DNA of 64,000 bases from an uncultured Gemmataceae bacterium (GTDB lineage Bacteria; Planctomycetota; Planctomycetia; Gemmatales; Gemmataceae): the NCBI GenBank assembly GCA_963750165.1, contig CAVVPN010000010.1:224001-288000 (forward strand). Reading direction: 5' to 3'. A program made the translations under genes and the position numbers. Positions within the stretch are counted from its first letter, which is position 1. Each line of letters opens with the position of its first letter. Below the pieces are notes generated by a model. The model searched no databases, was not told the DNA's origin, and saw nothing but the letters and a program-made list of their open reading frames with translations. Below, one piece after another: positions 40,418-50,760 of this stretch.

Positions 40418-41668
40418 ATGGACTTTCCGCTGCCACAACTGGGCGAAGGCGTCTACGAGGCGGAGTTGGTGCGCTGGCTGGTGAAGCCCGGCGACGTGGT
40501 CAAGCGCAGCCAGGCCCTCATGGAAGTGATGACCGACAAGGCGACGATGGAGGTGCCGGCGCCGTTCGCAGGCAAGATCACCGCACTGCAGGCCGAGCCG
40601 GGCCAGACCGTCAAGGTCGGTCAGGTCATGCTGTCCTACGCCGACGCCGCCCAGCCCGAGCCCGCCGTCGCCGCGGCCCCCGTCTTGGCGAACTCCACGA
40701 CCGCAAATTGCCAGGCGGCCGCGCAGCGCAGCAGCAACGGCCCGGTGCCGGCGGCGCTGCCGGTCAAGGCGGCGCCGTCCGTGCGCTGGATGGCCCGCAA
40801 GCTCGGCATCGACATCGCCAGCATCCACGGCACCGGCCCCGACGGCCGCGTCCTCATTGAAGACCTGTCCGGCGCCGTGCAGCGCACCGCGTCCGCCGCG
40901 CCGCCGACGCGCACCGCCGTGGAGCTTCGCTTCGACTACGGCAAACCCGGCACACGTATCAAGCTGGTGGGCCTGCGCCGCAAAATCGCCGAGCGCATGG
41001 TGCAGTCGAAGACGACGGTGCCGCACTACACCTACGTCGATGAGTGCGACGTGACGGAGTTGGTGCGGCTGCGCGAGGGGCTGAAGGAGGCGGCGGGGCA
41101 GGCGAGCGTCAAGGTGACGTACCTGGCGTTCGTGGTCAAGGCGGTGGCGGCGGCGCTGCGCGAGGTGCCGATCGTCAACGCCTCGCTGGACGAGCAGGCC
41201 GGCGAGATCGTGCTGCACGACCGCTACGACCTTGGCATCGCCACCGCGACGCCGGCCGGCCTGATCGTGCCGGTGCTGCGCAACGCCCACAAAAAAGACC
41301 TGTTCCAGATCGCCCGCGACATCGAACGACTGAGCGGCGACGCCCGCGCCGGCCGGTCGCAGCTGGAAGACCTGCGCGGCGGCACCTTCACGGTCACATC
41401 GATTGGCAACATCGGCGGCCTGTTCGCGACGCCGATCCTCAACCCGCCGGAAGTGGGCATTTTGGGCGTGGGCAAAATCGTGCGGCGGCCGGTGTTCGAT
41501 GACGCCGGCAACGTGCGGCCGGCGGACCTGGTGTACCTGTCGTTCTCGTTCGACCATCGCGTGCTGGACGGGGCGGTCGGAGCGGCGTTCGGCAACGCGG
41601 TGATTCGCCAGCTGCAAAACCCGGTGGCGCTGCTGATGCCGTCGGCCTCGGAAGCGGGGGCGCCGTGA
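40418..41668 (+). CDS. Dihydrolipoamide acyltransferase E2
   Basis: Lipoyl motif TDKA, E3-binding GTGPDGRV, catalytic DHRVLDG. Confidence 0.95.
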   Translation: MDFPLPQLGEGVYEAELVRWLVKPGDVVKRSQALMEVMTDKATMEVPAPFAGKITALQAEPGQTVKVGQVMLSYADAAQPEPAVAAAPVLANSTTANCQAAAQRSSNGPVPAALPVKAAPSVRWMARKLGIDIASIHGTGPDGRVLIEDLSGAVQRTASAAPPTRTAVELRFDYGKPGTRIKLVGLRRKIAERMVQSKTTVPHYTYVDECDVTELVRLREGLKEAAGQASVKVTYLAFVVKAVAAALREVPIVNASLDEQAGEIVLHDRYDLGIATATPAGLIVPVLRNAHKKDLFQIARDIERLSGDARAGRSQLEDLRGGTFTVTSIGNIGGLFATPILNPPEVGILGVGKIVRRPVFDDAGNVRPADLVYLSFSFDHRVLDGAVGAAFGNAVIRQLQNPVALLMPSASEAGAP

Positions 41669-42228
41669 ACTACCGTAAACTCCTGGTGATCGCGGCGGTG
41701 ATACTGCTGGTGGTCGGCGCGGTCCTGGTGCCGCTGTACCTGACCGGTGACGGGGGGACGGCCTGGACCTATGACGATCCCAAGGGCTTCCGGCTGAAGC
41801 TGCCGTCCGATGAGTGGAAGCAGGTCAGCACGGACACGGGGCTGACGGCGTTCGCGAACCGCAAGCGCTCGCTGCAGGTGCAGGTGCGGGCCGAGCCGCA
41901 ATCCCGTAAGGAATTCCTGGAGAAAACGGTCCCGGACTTGAAAGCTAGCCTGGTCGCGAAGCGTGCCCTGATCGTGGGCAACCCCGAGTTCGTGCAAGGG
42001 GAGAACGCGGCCGGCAACCCTTACGTACTCTGCCGGTTCCAGGCCCGCATGAGTCGTCAAGGGGGCGCGGGCTGGGTGGCGGTATCCGCTACCTGGTGCC
42101 AGCGCAAAGAACTGCTCGTCCTGGTGGAGATGGTCCAGGACAGCGCGGGGAACGCTGTCGCGCAGGACCAGGGCGACGCGGAGTTCTTCGAGCAGGCCAG
42201 CAAGTCTATCTGCCTGTCGGTGGAGTGA
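41665..42228 (+). CDS. Membrane-anchored hypothetical protein
   Basis: N-terminal TM helix; GTGA overlap with E2. Confidence 0.7.
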   Translation: MNYRKLLVIAAVILLVVGAVLVPLYLTGDGGTAWTYDDPKGFRLKLPSDEWKQVSTDTGLTAFANRKRSLQVQVRAEPQSRKEFLEKTVPDLKASLVAKRALIVGNPEFVQGENAAGNPYVLCRFQARMSRQGGAGWVAVSATWCQRKELLVLVEMVQDSAGNAVAQDQGDAEFFEQASKSICLSVE

Positions 42229-42527
42229 CGCAGGCGGCCTGAACGGCACATTTCGGGTCTCCATCTACGCCAACGATGTCCGCTCACTCAGGGCCGTTGC
42301 CGTCGGTCTCGCGGATCAGGAAGCCGGTGGCGCAGTCGTGACCCGCGAAGTCCAGGGTCAGCGTCGTGCTGACTGCACGACGCCTTTGCCAGGGGCTGGA
42401 GCATCGAGTCGGTGCAGGTTGAGGTCCGCCCCAATAAACCTGCAGCGATTTTCATCACCGATCGATCTCGCCCATGACGACCTCAAGAGGCCCGTTTTTC
42501 CCAGGAAAAATGGCCTTTTTTGGTTTC

Positions 42528-42551
42528 GATGCACCTTATGATGCACCTTAT
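42528..42551. promoter_or_regulatory. Tandem 12-bp direct repeat, candidate integrase arm-type sites
   Basis: GATGCACCTTAT x2, 46 bp upstream of the integrase start. Confidence 0.55.
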
Positions 42552-42597
42552 CGACGAAGATTCCGAACTTTAAGGCGCTTACCGGCTTCTTCCTCGC

Positions 42598-43698
42598 ATG
42601 AAGAAGCCATTCCCTTGGTACTCCGATAGCCGGTCGGGCGGCGGCTGGTTCGTCAAGCTCGACGGCGAGCAACATTTCCTTGGCAAGCACCCCGCCGACG
42701 CCCCGAAACCGAAGAAAGGTCGGGGCGGTCGGTGGAACCCGCCACGGATCATCCTTGATGAATTCTACAAGCTGATGACCCTTGGGGACACGGCCTCGGA
42801 GTCAGACTACACCTTCGAGACGATCTGTGCCCTCTACGTCAGGGAACTGGAAGAAACGAATCCCGACCTGGCAAAGCGCTATGAGCAGACGACGCTGCAA
42901 CTCTGCCGTTTCGAGTACAGGGGTACACGGGTCGGCAAGCTGCTTGTCAACGCAGAACTCGAAGGGATTCACCTTCGGAAGTGGGCCGAGACTTTCCCCT
43001 CCGACCAGACGCAACGGACGTACATCAACTGCTGTAAGGCGGTGCTGACCTGGGCGGTCAGAAAAAAGGGCATCAACATCAGCCACAACCCGTTTCTGTC
43101 CGTCAAGTCGCCGAAGATCGAAAGTCGGGCTGTCGTCATCAGTCTTGAGGAACACGAGGCGCTGCTCAAGTTCTGGAACAACGACCGCTTTTGTGACTTT
43201 CTTCAGGCGTTGTGGTTCACCGGCGCACGACCTGGAGAGATCGCCAAGATCGAGGCGAGGCACCTGAAGAATGGCCTGTGGCGGCTGGACCCCAGCGAAC
43301 ACAAGACGGGCCGGGTCACGGGGAAGGACCGAGTGATCGGTGTTTGTGATGAGTTGTACGAAATCGTGGACCGACTTACGGCGAAGTACGCTACCGGACC
43401 GATTTTTCGCAATATGTATGGTCGCCCCTGGACAACGCAAGCCTCGTTCGTCCGATTCGAGACGGCACGGGCGAATAAACTCATCAGGAAGGAAGTCACG
43501 CCCTACGCCTATCGACACGCCTGGGCCACACACGCCCTGGAAAACGGGAGACTCGACATCTACGAAGTAGCGAAGGCTCTCGGCCACCAGACCACGCAGA
43601 TGGTAATGCTGCACTACGACCATTCCCGGAAGAACGCCGAGCATCTTCGGGACATCTTCCAGAGGGCGAGGCGAACTACTCCTCCTCCAGCTTCTTGA
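42598..43698 (+). CDS. Tyrosine recombinase/integrase
   Basis: TGARPGE, HKT, YAYRHAWATH, ALGHQTTQMVMLHY. Confidence 0.93.
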   Translation: MKKPFPWYSDSRSGGGWFVKLDGEQHFLGKHPADAPKPKKGRGGRWNPPRIILDEFYKLMTLGDTASESDYTFETICALYVRELEETNPDLAKRYEQTTLQLCRFEYRGTRVGKLLVNAELEGIHLRKWAETFPSDQTQRTYINCCKAVLTWAVRKKGINISHNPFLSVKSPKIESRAVVISLEEHEALLKFWNNDRFCDFLQALWFTGARPGEIAKIEARHLKNGLWRLDPSEHKTGRVTGKDRVIGVCDELYEIVDRLTAKYATGPIFRNMYGRPWTTQASFVRFETARANKLIRKEVTPYAYRHAWATHALENGRLDIYEVAKALGHQTTQMVMLHYDHSRKNAEHLRDIFQRARRTTPPPAS

Positions 43699-44347
43699 GG
43701 AAGCGGTAGGCGGCATCACCCTTCTTGAACTGGAACTGGCACGGGCGCTTTCTCCGTGGAACAGGCACCGTATGAACATCGGGGCCGTCCTGGACACCCT
43801 GGACCGTGTAGCGGGCCATGTACTCTTCAACCCACTCACGGCGGGTGCGAAGCCACCGTCCGTCCTTCACGGCCCTGATCCGACCGTCCAGAAGCCGCTC
43901 ACGGGCCTCGGTGTAGGAACACCCCAGCATTTCAGCCACGTCTCGTGTCGTCATTGCGCCTTGCTGACTTGGCCCTCGGCGACCCTCCGAAAAAGCCGGT
44001 GCATCGGACGTTTCGTTCCCGCCAGCCTTGGTGAAGGTCGAAAGACATGCCTCCAGCCGGCCAGCGATCTCCTCCATCCGGCTCGCCGGTGATCCGGTGC
44101 CCTGCCCACCGGCAGGACCAATCGCCGCCTGCTGCTCCCACGATGTCATCGAGTTCCAGCGAAAATGCTCGTAGACCTCTCGAAGCGTGACCCACTCCGG
44201 GCAGTTCGAGGCGATCTCAATGTCGTTCCCCGCCACCACGACTTGGGCGACGACCGGGCCACCAGCACCGTGGCCGAGGATGACGGTTCGTTCGGCTTCG
44301 GGCAGTTGCGACGAAATAAAGGCGATCATTCTGCGACGGTCGGACAT
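43676..44347 (-). CDS. Excisionase-like HTH protein
   Basis: MTTRDVAEMLGCSYTEARERLLDGRIRAVKDGRWLR (HTH_17-like); convergent with and overlapping the integrase. Confidence 0.75.
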   Translation of the reverse strand: MSDRRRMIAFISSQLPEAERTVILGHGAGGPVVAQVVVAGNDIEIASNCPEWVTLREVYEHFRWNSMTSWEQQAAIGPAGGQGTGSPASRMEEIAGRLEACLSTFTKAGGNETSDAPAFSEGRRGPSQQGAMTTRDVAEMLGCSYTEARERLLDGRIRAVKDGRWLRTRREWVEEYMARYTVQGVQDGPDVHTVPVPRRKRPCQFQFKKGDAAYRFLKKLEEE

Positions 44348-44620
44348 GGCAGGCGTCTCTCCTTGCACGCTCATCCGATAGCTGGTCAAAAGTGCCTGGC
44401 CGGTGTCGGGCCGTCGTCCGACCGAGGCGTAGCGGAACTGTCTGCAAAGCGGCCACAAAAACACGCTCCCGCAGCGGGATAATACTTCGGGAAGCGAGGG
44501 TTGTAAACTAACTGCGGCAAACAGAGGAAAAACGCCGCCCCGGTGCCTCCGTCTGCGTGCTGATCTGCCTGTGGGCCAGCACCGGGCGATGGGGGCCGGG
44601 CTACAGAAGGCAATCGGGCC

Positions 44621-45304
44621 GTGGCACGAGAAGAGAAACTGAAGCTGGGCAAGGATGCTGCCTTCGTCAAGAGCCGCTTCAAGCGTCTGCGCCAGGAGAA
44701 CGAAACCTGGGAGGCCGACTTCCGGGCGCTGCCCAAGCCGATCACGCAGAGCGAGACGCACTACCTCGGCCTGGTCGTTGCCCAGCCGGACGCCTCCCTC
44801 CTGGCCGAGAGCCACGTCGAGGGCAGGCCGAGCGTCAACGACCTCGCCACGCTACTGGCTCACGCCATGCGCCGCCCGTTGACCGGGAAATCGCACCGGC
44901 CCCGGCGCATCCACGTCCGGGGGCACCACCAGTGGCGAGAGCTATTCCCGCACCTGGCTGAACTCGGCATCGAGGTCGCCGTGCAGAAGGAATTGCCGCA
45001 GGTCGAGGAAGCCTACGAGGCCCACTTGCGGCAGTTGCGAGAGGCCCACCGGGTCGGCATGGTCGAACCAACCAAGGAGCAGATCGGCGTCGAGAAAATG
45101 TTCCCGGCCATCGCTCAGTGGGTCCGGGGTTACGGCCACGTCGAGATCGGCGACCAGGAGATGTTCGGCTTCGTCGTGCGGGCGCTGGACTACGGCGGTC
45201 TGGTCTTCGAGGACGACAAACCGGACACGCTGGCCGAGGCGATGGCGGCGCTGGAGAAGGGATTGACCGAGTATTTCGAGCGGGAAGGGATCGAGATTGA
45301 GTAG
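44621..45304 (+). CDS. Hypothetical protein
   Basis: Strong codon bias, 227 aa. Confidence 0.75.
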   Translation: MAREEKLKLGKDAAFVKSRFKRLRQENETWEADFRALPKPITQSETHYLGLVVAQPDASLLAESHVEGRPSVNDLATLLAHAMRRPLTGKSHRPRRIHVRGHHQWRELFPHLAELGIEVAVQKELPQVEEAYEAHLRQLREAHRVGMVEPTKEQIGVEKMFPAIAQWVRGYGHVEIGDQEMFGFVVRALDYGGLVFEDDKPDTLAEAMAALEKGLTEYFEREGIEIE

Positions 45305-45340
45305 TCGCTGGGGAGCGGCATCTTTCATGAGAGACAGCGA

Positions 45341-45694
45341 ATGTATCAGACGAAGGTGCGGGAGAGTCTGTTGCCGTGGGCCGACCTGGGCATGGCCGGC
45401 GTGACGATGAAAGTGCTGCACAAGGATGAGGCCACAGGGGCGATGGCCGTCCTGACCCGATTGGAACCCGGTGCGGTCATCCCTGCCCACTGGCACACCC
45501 AAGCCGACGAGACGGTATACGTCCTCGAAGGCGACTTCGTGGAAGACGGCGAGAGCTACGGGCCGGGGAGCTACTTCCGGGGCAAGGCCGGAACGATGCA
45601 CGGCCCACACTCGACCGTCGAGGGCTGCACGGTCCTGACCCACTTCAGCGCCGGACTTGACTTCCAGACCGGACCCGTGCCGCAGGAGGCGTGA
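45341..45694 (+). CDS. Cupin domain protein (ChrR-like)
   Basis: PAHWH...ETVYVLEG...HGPH. Confidence 0.85.
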   Translation: MYQTKVRESLLPWADLGMAGVTMKVLHKDEATGAMAVLTRLEPGAVIPAHWHTQADETVYVLEGDFVEDGESYGPGSYFRGKAGTMHGPHSTVEGCTVLTHFSAGLDFQTGPVPQEA

Positions 45695-45795
45695 GGAGGT
45701 CGGACAGAAACAGGAAACGAGCGCTGGGCAAGCTGAACTCCCTCACCCGGCACGGGGCCGGTCAGTGCCGGCGACCAGTTCCGTCAACCCCTCGC

Positions 45796-46044
45796 TCACG
45801 TCGGCTTCTTCTTTTCACTTTCACGCAGTTTCTCCAAGAAGCGATAGCCGGTTCCACCTTTCTTCAACTTGATGTGCCCCAGCCGACGCCGAGGCGGGTT
45901 CGGCACGGTGAACATGCCCGGTTCACTGTTCGCCGCCTTAATCGTCTTCTCGGCGATGTACGCCTCGATCCACTCTCGCCGAGTCCGCAGCCAGCGACCG
46001 TCCCGGATCGTGCGAATCCGACCGTCCAGCATTCGCTCCCTGGC
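45796..46044 (-). pseudogene. Truncated excisionase-like paralog interrupted by IS3
   Basis: ARERMLDGRIRTIRDGRWLRTRREW...YRFLEKL parallels the C-terminal part of 43676-44347. Confidence 0.8.
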
Positions 46045-46107
46045 TGAACCTCCCCACGAATGGTGGACACCCAGTTAAGAGTGTAAACTCTCCTGAGGAG
46101 GTCCATC

Positions 46108-46404
46108 ATGGCCAGAACCCGACGTACCTACACCCCGGAGTTCAAGCTCGAGGCCGTCAAGCTCGTCACTGAGCAGGGCTACTCCGTCGCCGAGGCCGCA
46201 CGCTCCCTCGGCATCCACGAGACCCTGCTCCGCTCCTGGAAGCAGGCGCTGGAGGCCAAGGGCGGCCAGGCCTTCCCCGGCCAGGGCAAGCTCTCCCCCT
46301 TCGAGGAAGAGAACCGCCGCCTCCGGGCCGAGAACCAGCGGCTCCTGGCGGAGCGCGACATCCTAAAAAAAGCGACGGCGTTCTTCGCCAGGGAGGCGAC
46401 ATGA
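46108..46404 (+). CDS. IS3 transposase OrfA
   Basis: RRTYTPEFKLEAV, ERDILKKATAFF; A7G slippery site at 46365-46372. Confidence 0.95.
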   Translation: MARTRRTYTPEFKLEAVKLVTEQGYSVAEAARSLGIHETLLRSWKQALEAKGGQAFPGQGKLSPFEEENRRLRAENQRLLAERDILKKATAFFAREAT

Positions 46405-47255
46405 CCTTCCGCTTCATCGAGGAACACCGCGGCCAGTGGCCCGTGCGCCTGCTCTGCGAAACCCTGGAGGTCTCGACCGCCGGCTACTACGCCTGGCGCG
46501 ACCGCCCCGCCAGCGACCGCGCCCGGCGCCGCGACACCCTCCTCGTGGAAATCCGCGCCATCCACGCCGAGGTCAAGGCCCGCTACGGCAGCCCGCGCAT
46601 CCACGCCGAGCTGGTCGCCCGGGGCCAGGACTGCTGCGTCAACACCGTGGCCCGGCTCATGCACGACCACGACCTCCGGGCCAAGACGGCCCGCAAGTTC
46701 CGCTGCACGACCGACTCCAACCACGACCTGCCCGTGGCCGCGAACCTCCTGGATCGGCAGTTCAACCCCGCCGCGGCCAACGAGGCGTGGGTGGCGGACA
46801 TCACCTACATCCCGACCCGGGAGGGTTGGCTGTACCTGGCTGTCGTCGAGGACCTGTACTCGCGGCGGGTGGTGGGCTGGTCGATGGCCGACCACCTGGA
46901 GAGCCGGCTGGTCGTCGATGCCCTGGAGCTGGCGGTGCAGCGCCGGCTGCCGGGGGAGGGGTTGCTGGCCCACTCCGACCGGGGCAGCCAGTACGCCAGC
47001 GACCACTACCAACGCCTCCTGGGCAAGCACGGCATCACCTGCAGCATGAGCCGCCGGGCCGACTGCTGGGACAATGCCCCGATGGAGAGCTTCTTCGCCT
47101 CCTTGAAGAAGGAACTGGTGCACGACGCCGACTTCGCCACCCGGGCGGAGGCGCGGGCGGCGCTCGTCGAGTACATCGAGGTCTTCTACAACACGCGGCG
47201 CCGGCACTCGTCGCTGGGGTACGTGTCCCCGGCCGAGTATGAACAGTCCGAATAA
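46401..47255 (+). CDS. IS3 transposase OrfB (DDE)
   Basis: WVADITYI, HSDRGSQY, CWDNAPMESFF. Confidence 0.95.
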   Translation: MTFRFIEEHRGQWPVRLLCETLEVSTAGYYAWRDRPASDRARRRDTLLVEIRAIHAEVKARYGSPRIHAELVARGQDCCVNTVARLMHDHDLRAKTARKFRCTTDSNHDLPVAANLLDRQFNPAAANEAWVADITYIPTREGWLYLAVVEDLYSRRVVGWSMADHLESRLVVDALELAVQRRLPGEGLLAHSDRGSQYASDHYQRLLGKHGITCSMSRRADCWDNAPMESFFASLKKELVHDADFATRAEARAALVEYIEVFYNTRRRHSSLGYVSPAEYEQSE

Positions 47256-47386
47256 CCGTTAACCCCGTGTCCACTTTTCGTGGGGAACTCCAGGCGTCGA
47301 GCAAATCGGACTCGCTATCCACGAAAGAGAAGACCTTGGCTTCTGATGGGGACCAGGAAAGTCGAGCAACTGAAGGAAGAATAACG

Positions 47387-48424
47387 ATGACTCTCCCAAG
47401 AATAACGTGGACCCTGGCCCTCTACTTGATCGTGGCTTCAGCCGCCTCGGCCCAGCACCAGATCGTTTGCTCTGCCGAGGCAGCAGGCGGATACGCTGCC
47501 TTTCCTGATGTTTGCCGCCTGAAAAACGGCGACCTCTACTGTGTCTTCTACTCCGGTTACGGTCACGTCTCGACGCCCAATGACAAGTGGCCCAAGGGAG
47601 GGCGCATCATGGCCGTGCGCTCGACCGACAACGGCAAGACCTGGGGCAAGCCGGTCGTCGCCATCGACACGGACCTGGATGACCGTGATCCCTCCGTCGC
47701 CTGCCTCAAGGACGGCACGCTCCTGCTGAATTGGTTCACGGTCCAGAAAAATCAAGCCGCCGTCATGCTCGCCCGCTCCACCGACAACGGCAAGACCTGG
47801 AGCGAGCCGGTTCAACTCAAACTCGATTCACTGTACTCGTTCGCCTGTTCTTCACCCGTGCGCCAACTGGCTGATGGGTCGCTGATCCTGGGCCTGTACT
47901 GCGAGGACGAGAAGGCCAAGAAGACCTTCGGGGCCACGATCAGGTCCAACGACGGCGGCAAGACCTGGAAAGACCTGGCGTACATCGGCGACAAGGCCGA
48001 CATCTACCTTGACGCCGAAACCGACGTGGTGCCCCTGAAGGACGGCAAGCTGCTGGCAGCCCTGCGGTCGTCCAAGGTGGACATGCACTACGCCGTCTCG
48101 GAGGATTCCGGCAAGACCTGGGGGCCGGTCAAGTCCTTCGGCTTCAAGGGGCACTGCCCGTACTTCCTGCGTCACAGCAGCGGAGTCATCCTCCTGGGCC
48201 ATCGGGTGCCTGCCACGTCGCTCCACTGGACCGCCGACGAGGGCAAGACGTGGAACGGCCCGGTCAAGATCGACACCGTGGGCGGTGCCTATCCGAGCAT
48301 GGTCGAGTTGCCGGACGGCCTGGTGTACTGCGTCTACTACGAGGAAGGCAAGGGGTCGAGCATTCGGGCCGTGCGGCTGCGGGTAGACACGAAGGGCGTG
48401 ACGGTTGTGGACAAGAAGGACTGA
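47387..48424 (+). CDS. Sialidase/BNR repeat protein, secreted
   Basis: Signal peptide; Asp-boxes STDNGKTW, SNDGGKTW, SEDSGKTW; YAAFP. Confidence 0.88.
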   Translation: MTLPRITWTLALYLIVASAASAQHQIVCSAEAAGGYAAFPDVCRLKNGDLYCVFYSGYGHVSTPNDKWPKGGRIMAVRSTDNGKTWGKPVVAIDTDLDDRDPSVACLKDGTLLLNWFTVQKNQAAVMLARSTDNGKTWSEPVQLKLDSLYSFACSSPVRQLADGSLILGLYCEDEKAKKTFGATIRSNDGGKTWKDLAYIGDKADIYLDAETDVVPLKDGKLLAALRSSKVDMHYAVSEDSGKTWGPVKSFGFKGHCPYFLRHSSGVILLGHRVPATSLHWTADEGKTWNGPVKIDTVGGAYPSMVELPDGLVYCVYYEEGKGSSIRAVRLRVDTKGVTVVDKKD

Positions 48425-49850
48425 TGGTGGTGCAGCAATGACGTTCAAAAGGAGCCTCTGGATGATCCGTTGCGCATTGGTAGTGGCCGCATTCCTGACC
48501 GTGAGCCTGACCGGGTTCGCCCAGGACAGGAAAGGGCCGCTCGCCGACCTGCCCAGCAAGCCGGGTGCGCACGTCGAGAAGATCAAGGCGATGGGCGACA
48601 ACGAGTGGCTGAAGCTCGGTGCCCCCGCCGCAGACCCGAAGTGGGGCAAGGCACGGGGAAGTGCCTGGGCGCTAAAGCCCTGATCCTCGCACCGGACAAG
48701 CGGGGAGCCTTCCTCTACGGCGAAGGCGTCCACGCTTACGTCAAGCCGGATGGGCACGTCATGGACGACCTGTGGTTCTACGACATCAACCAGCACGCCT
48801 GGACTTGCCTCCACCCCGGAACGGACACGAAGACGTTCACGCAGCGGGTGAAGGACGGGCAACTGTTGATCGACGAGAGCGGGCAGTTGACCGACGACGG
48901 CAAACGGCCCGTGCCGCTGCACCCCCTGGTTCACGCCTGGGGCTACCTCGCTTACGACTCCGACCGCAAGAAGTTCGCCTTCCTCAGTTGGTCCGCTGGC
49001 CCGGTCCCCCGGTACTTCCTGGGCGGCGAGAAGCAGATGGACGAGGGGCTGAAACTGCTCGAAGGGCAGATGAAGGGCAAGAAGAAGGCGGTCTTCTCGC
49101 CCTGGTTCTACGATGTGGCGTCGGGCGAGTTCGAGCGGTCCCCCACGGCGAACCCGACCGCCATCAACGCCGGTGGGTTCCCGCAACTCCACTACCTCCC
49201 CTCCCGGAAGCAGTTCCTCGCCGTGGGGTCCGACACGGTGGCGATCTACGACCCGGCGAAGAACCTCTGGACCGACGCCAAGCCCAAAGGGCCGTCGCCC
49301 AAGGGGTACGACGCCTGCGGCTGCCACGACACCAAGCGGGGCCGCATCTACCGGAACGACGGCGACGGCTCGAAGGGGGAAGGACTCATGGCCTACGACA
49401 TCGGGGACAACACCTGGAGCCACCTGAAGCCCACCGGGACCGCACCGGAGCCGGCCAACACGAACGCAGCGTTCTACGAGTACGACGCCCGCCTCGACAT
49501 CGTTGTGGCCGTCCACTTCAAGGGAAAGAAGCCAGGTATCTACGTCTACGACCCCAAAAGCAACTCCTGGGCGGACCCGATACCGTTCCCGGCAGACGGC
49601 CCCAAGTTCCCGTTCGCCGCCAACACGTTCTTCGACCGGGAGTTGAACGCCTACTTCTGTCACGTCGCCGGCGACAGCAAGGACGACGGCGTGATGTGGG
49701 TGTATCGGTACAAGAAGTGAGCAACAGGCACTTGCGCATGGACCGGATGACCTACGGTGGGACAACGAGGAAGGCAAAGGCTCAAGCATTCGGGGCGTGC
49801 GCCTGCGGGTGGACACGACGGGCGTGACGGTCGAGGGGAAGAAGGAGTGA
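48339..49850 (+). repeat. Diverged 86-bp direct repeat (48339-48424 and 49765-49850)
   Basis: EEGKGSSIRAVRLRVDTKGVTVVDKKD* versus EEGKGSSIRGVRLRVDTTGVTVEGKKE*. Confidence 0.85.
48438..49720 (+). CDS. Secreted Kelch-like beta-propeller protein, -1 frameshift near 48667-48669
   Basis: Signal peptide in the first frame; YD-xxx-NxW repeats in the second; one extra G joins them (RGSAWGAKAL). Confidence 0.75.
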
Positions 49851-49862
49851 GGGGGCGCAGAA

Positions 49863-50294
49863 ATGGCTCGCAAAAAACTCTCCCGCAACGATCCGTGCCC
49901 CTGCGGCAGCGGCAAGAAGTACAAGCACTGCTGCTACCGCAAGGGCGTCGAGGCCGACCTGGGGTCAGGTCGCCAGCAGCCGCAGTATCCCATCGGCACC
50001 GTGGCGATGTACGGCCCTGACGACAAGACGACCACGAAGATCGCCGCAGGCGTGATCCTCCATGACGGTGCCGAGGCGATCATGCAGCGGTGGGTGGCGA
50101 CGGACGTGACGACCAACCCGAAAGTGCAACAGGAGTTGAAGGACTTCTTCCTTCAGCACGGCGTCAAGCAGGTGGCGATGAGCCAGGGGAACATGGGGTG
50201 CCCGCACGAGGAAGGTGAGGACTTTCCCCACGGCGAGGACTGCCCGTTCTGTCCGTTCTGGAAGGGCAAGCAAGGTAGCAACAGAAAGGATTGA
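49863..50294 (+). CDS. SEC-C motif protein with a second Cys/His cluster
   Basis: RNDPCPCGSGKKYKHCC; C-terminal GCPH...CPFCPFW. Confidence 0.88.
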   Translation: MARKKLSRNDPCPCGSGKKYKHCCYRKGVEADLGSGRQQPQYPIGTVAMYGPDDKTTTKIAAGVILHDGAEAIMQRWVATDVTTNPKVQQELKDFFLQHGVKQVAMSQGNMGCPHEEGEDFPHGEDCPFCPFWKGKQGSNRKD

Positions 50295-50297
50295 CCG

Positions 50298-50711
50298 ATG
50301 GTAAAACCACGAAAAGCCTGGACCTTCAGCCCTGGCAAAAAGCCCAAGTCGGCCTTGCCCGGCACGCTCAAGGGCGAAATGGACACCAAGGCCAGGGAAC
50401 TGATCGAAACGGTCCTCAAGCCCAAGCATGTCCAGCCGCCGCCAACGGGCCACCAGTTGAACTACATCACCGACATCGCAACCAAATGGCTTGGCTCGAA
50501 GTGCTACTTCGTTTCGATCTACGCCTGCCCTGGCCCGAACGCCATCGCCCCCAATTTCGAGACGAATTTCGCCCGCATGGAATATGTCGGCAACGCCAAA
50601 TTCGCCCTGTCGTTCATGCGACACACCGGCCAGTGGGTCCAACTGCACAATGCCCTGACCGTGGATGAATGCCTGAAGGCGATCCAGGATGATCCCTGGT
50701 TCGTGCCGTGA
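50298..50711 (+). CDS. Hypothetical protein (DUF3024-like)
   Basis: FARMEY, FMRHTGQW, DPWF. Confidence 0.75.
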   Translation: MVKPRKAWTFSPGKKPKSALPGTLKGEMDTKARELIETVLKPKHVQPPPTGHQLNYITDIATKWLGSKCYFVSIYACPGPNAIAPNFETNFARMEYVGNAKFALSFMRHTGQWVQLHNALTVDECLKAIQDDPWFVP

Positions 50712-50760
50712 GTGTCTGACAGAATTGAGCCGGCCAACCAACAGAGGATGGAGTTTTCAC

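Larger units (their letters stand above)
46045..47292 (+). mobile_element. IS3 family insertion sequence
   Basis: IRL TGAACCTCCCCACGAATGGTGGACAC, IRR GTGTCCACTTTTCGTGGGGAACTCCA; 3-bp TSD GGC. Confidence 0.95.

Noticed and set aside
42229..42600. tRNA or tmRNA integration site at the island border
   Set aside because: No T-loop (GTTCGA-like) plus acceptor stem or cloverleaf found by eye on either strand.
44510..44600. c-di-GMP-I riboswitch (GGCAAAC...GAAA)
   Set aside because: The P2 pairing and the downstream GACGCAAAGC element are missing.
46365..46372. A7G slippery site as a novel recoding signal
   Set aside because: It is the standard IS3 OrfAB -1 frameshift motif.
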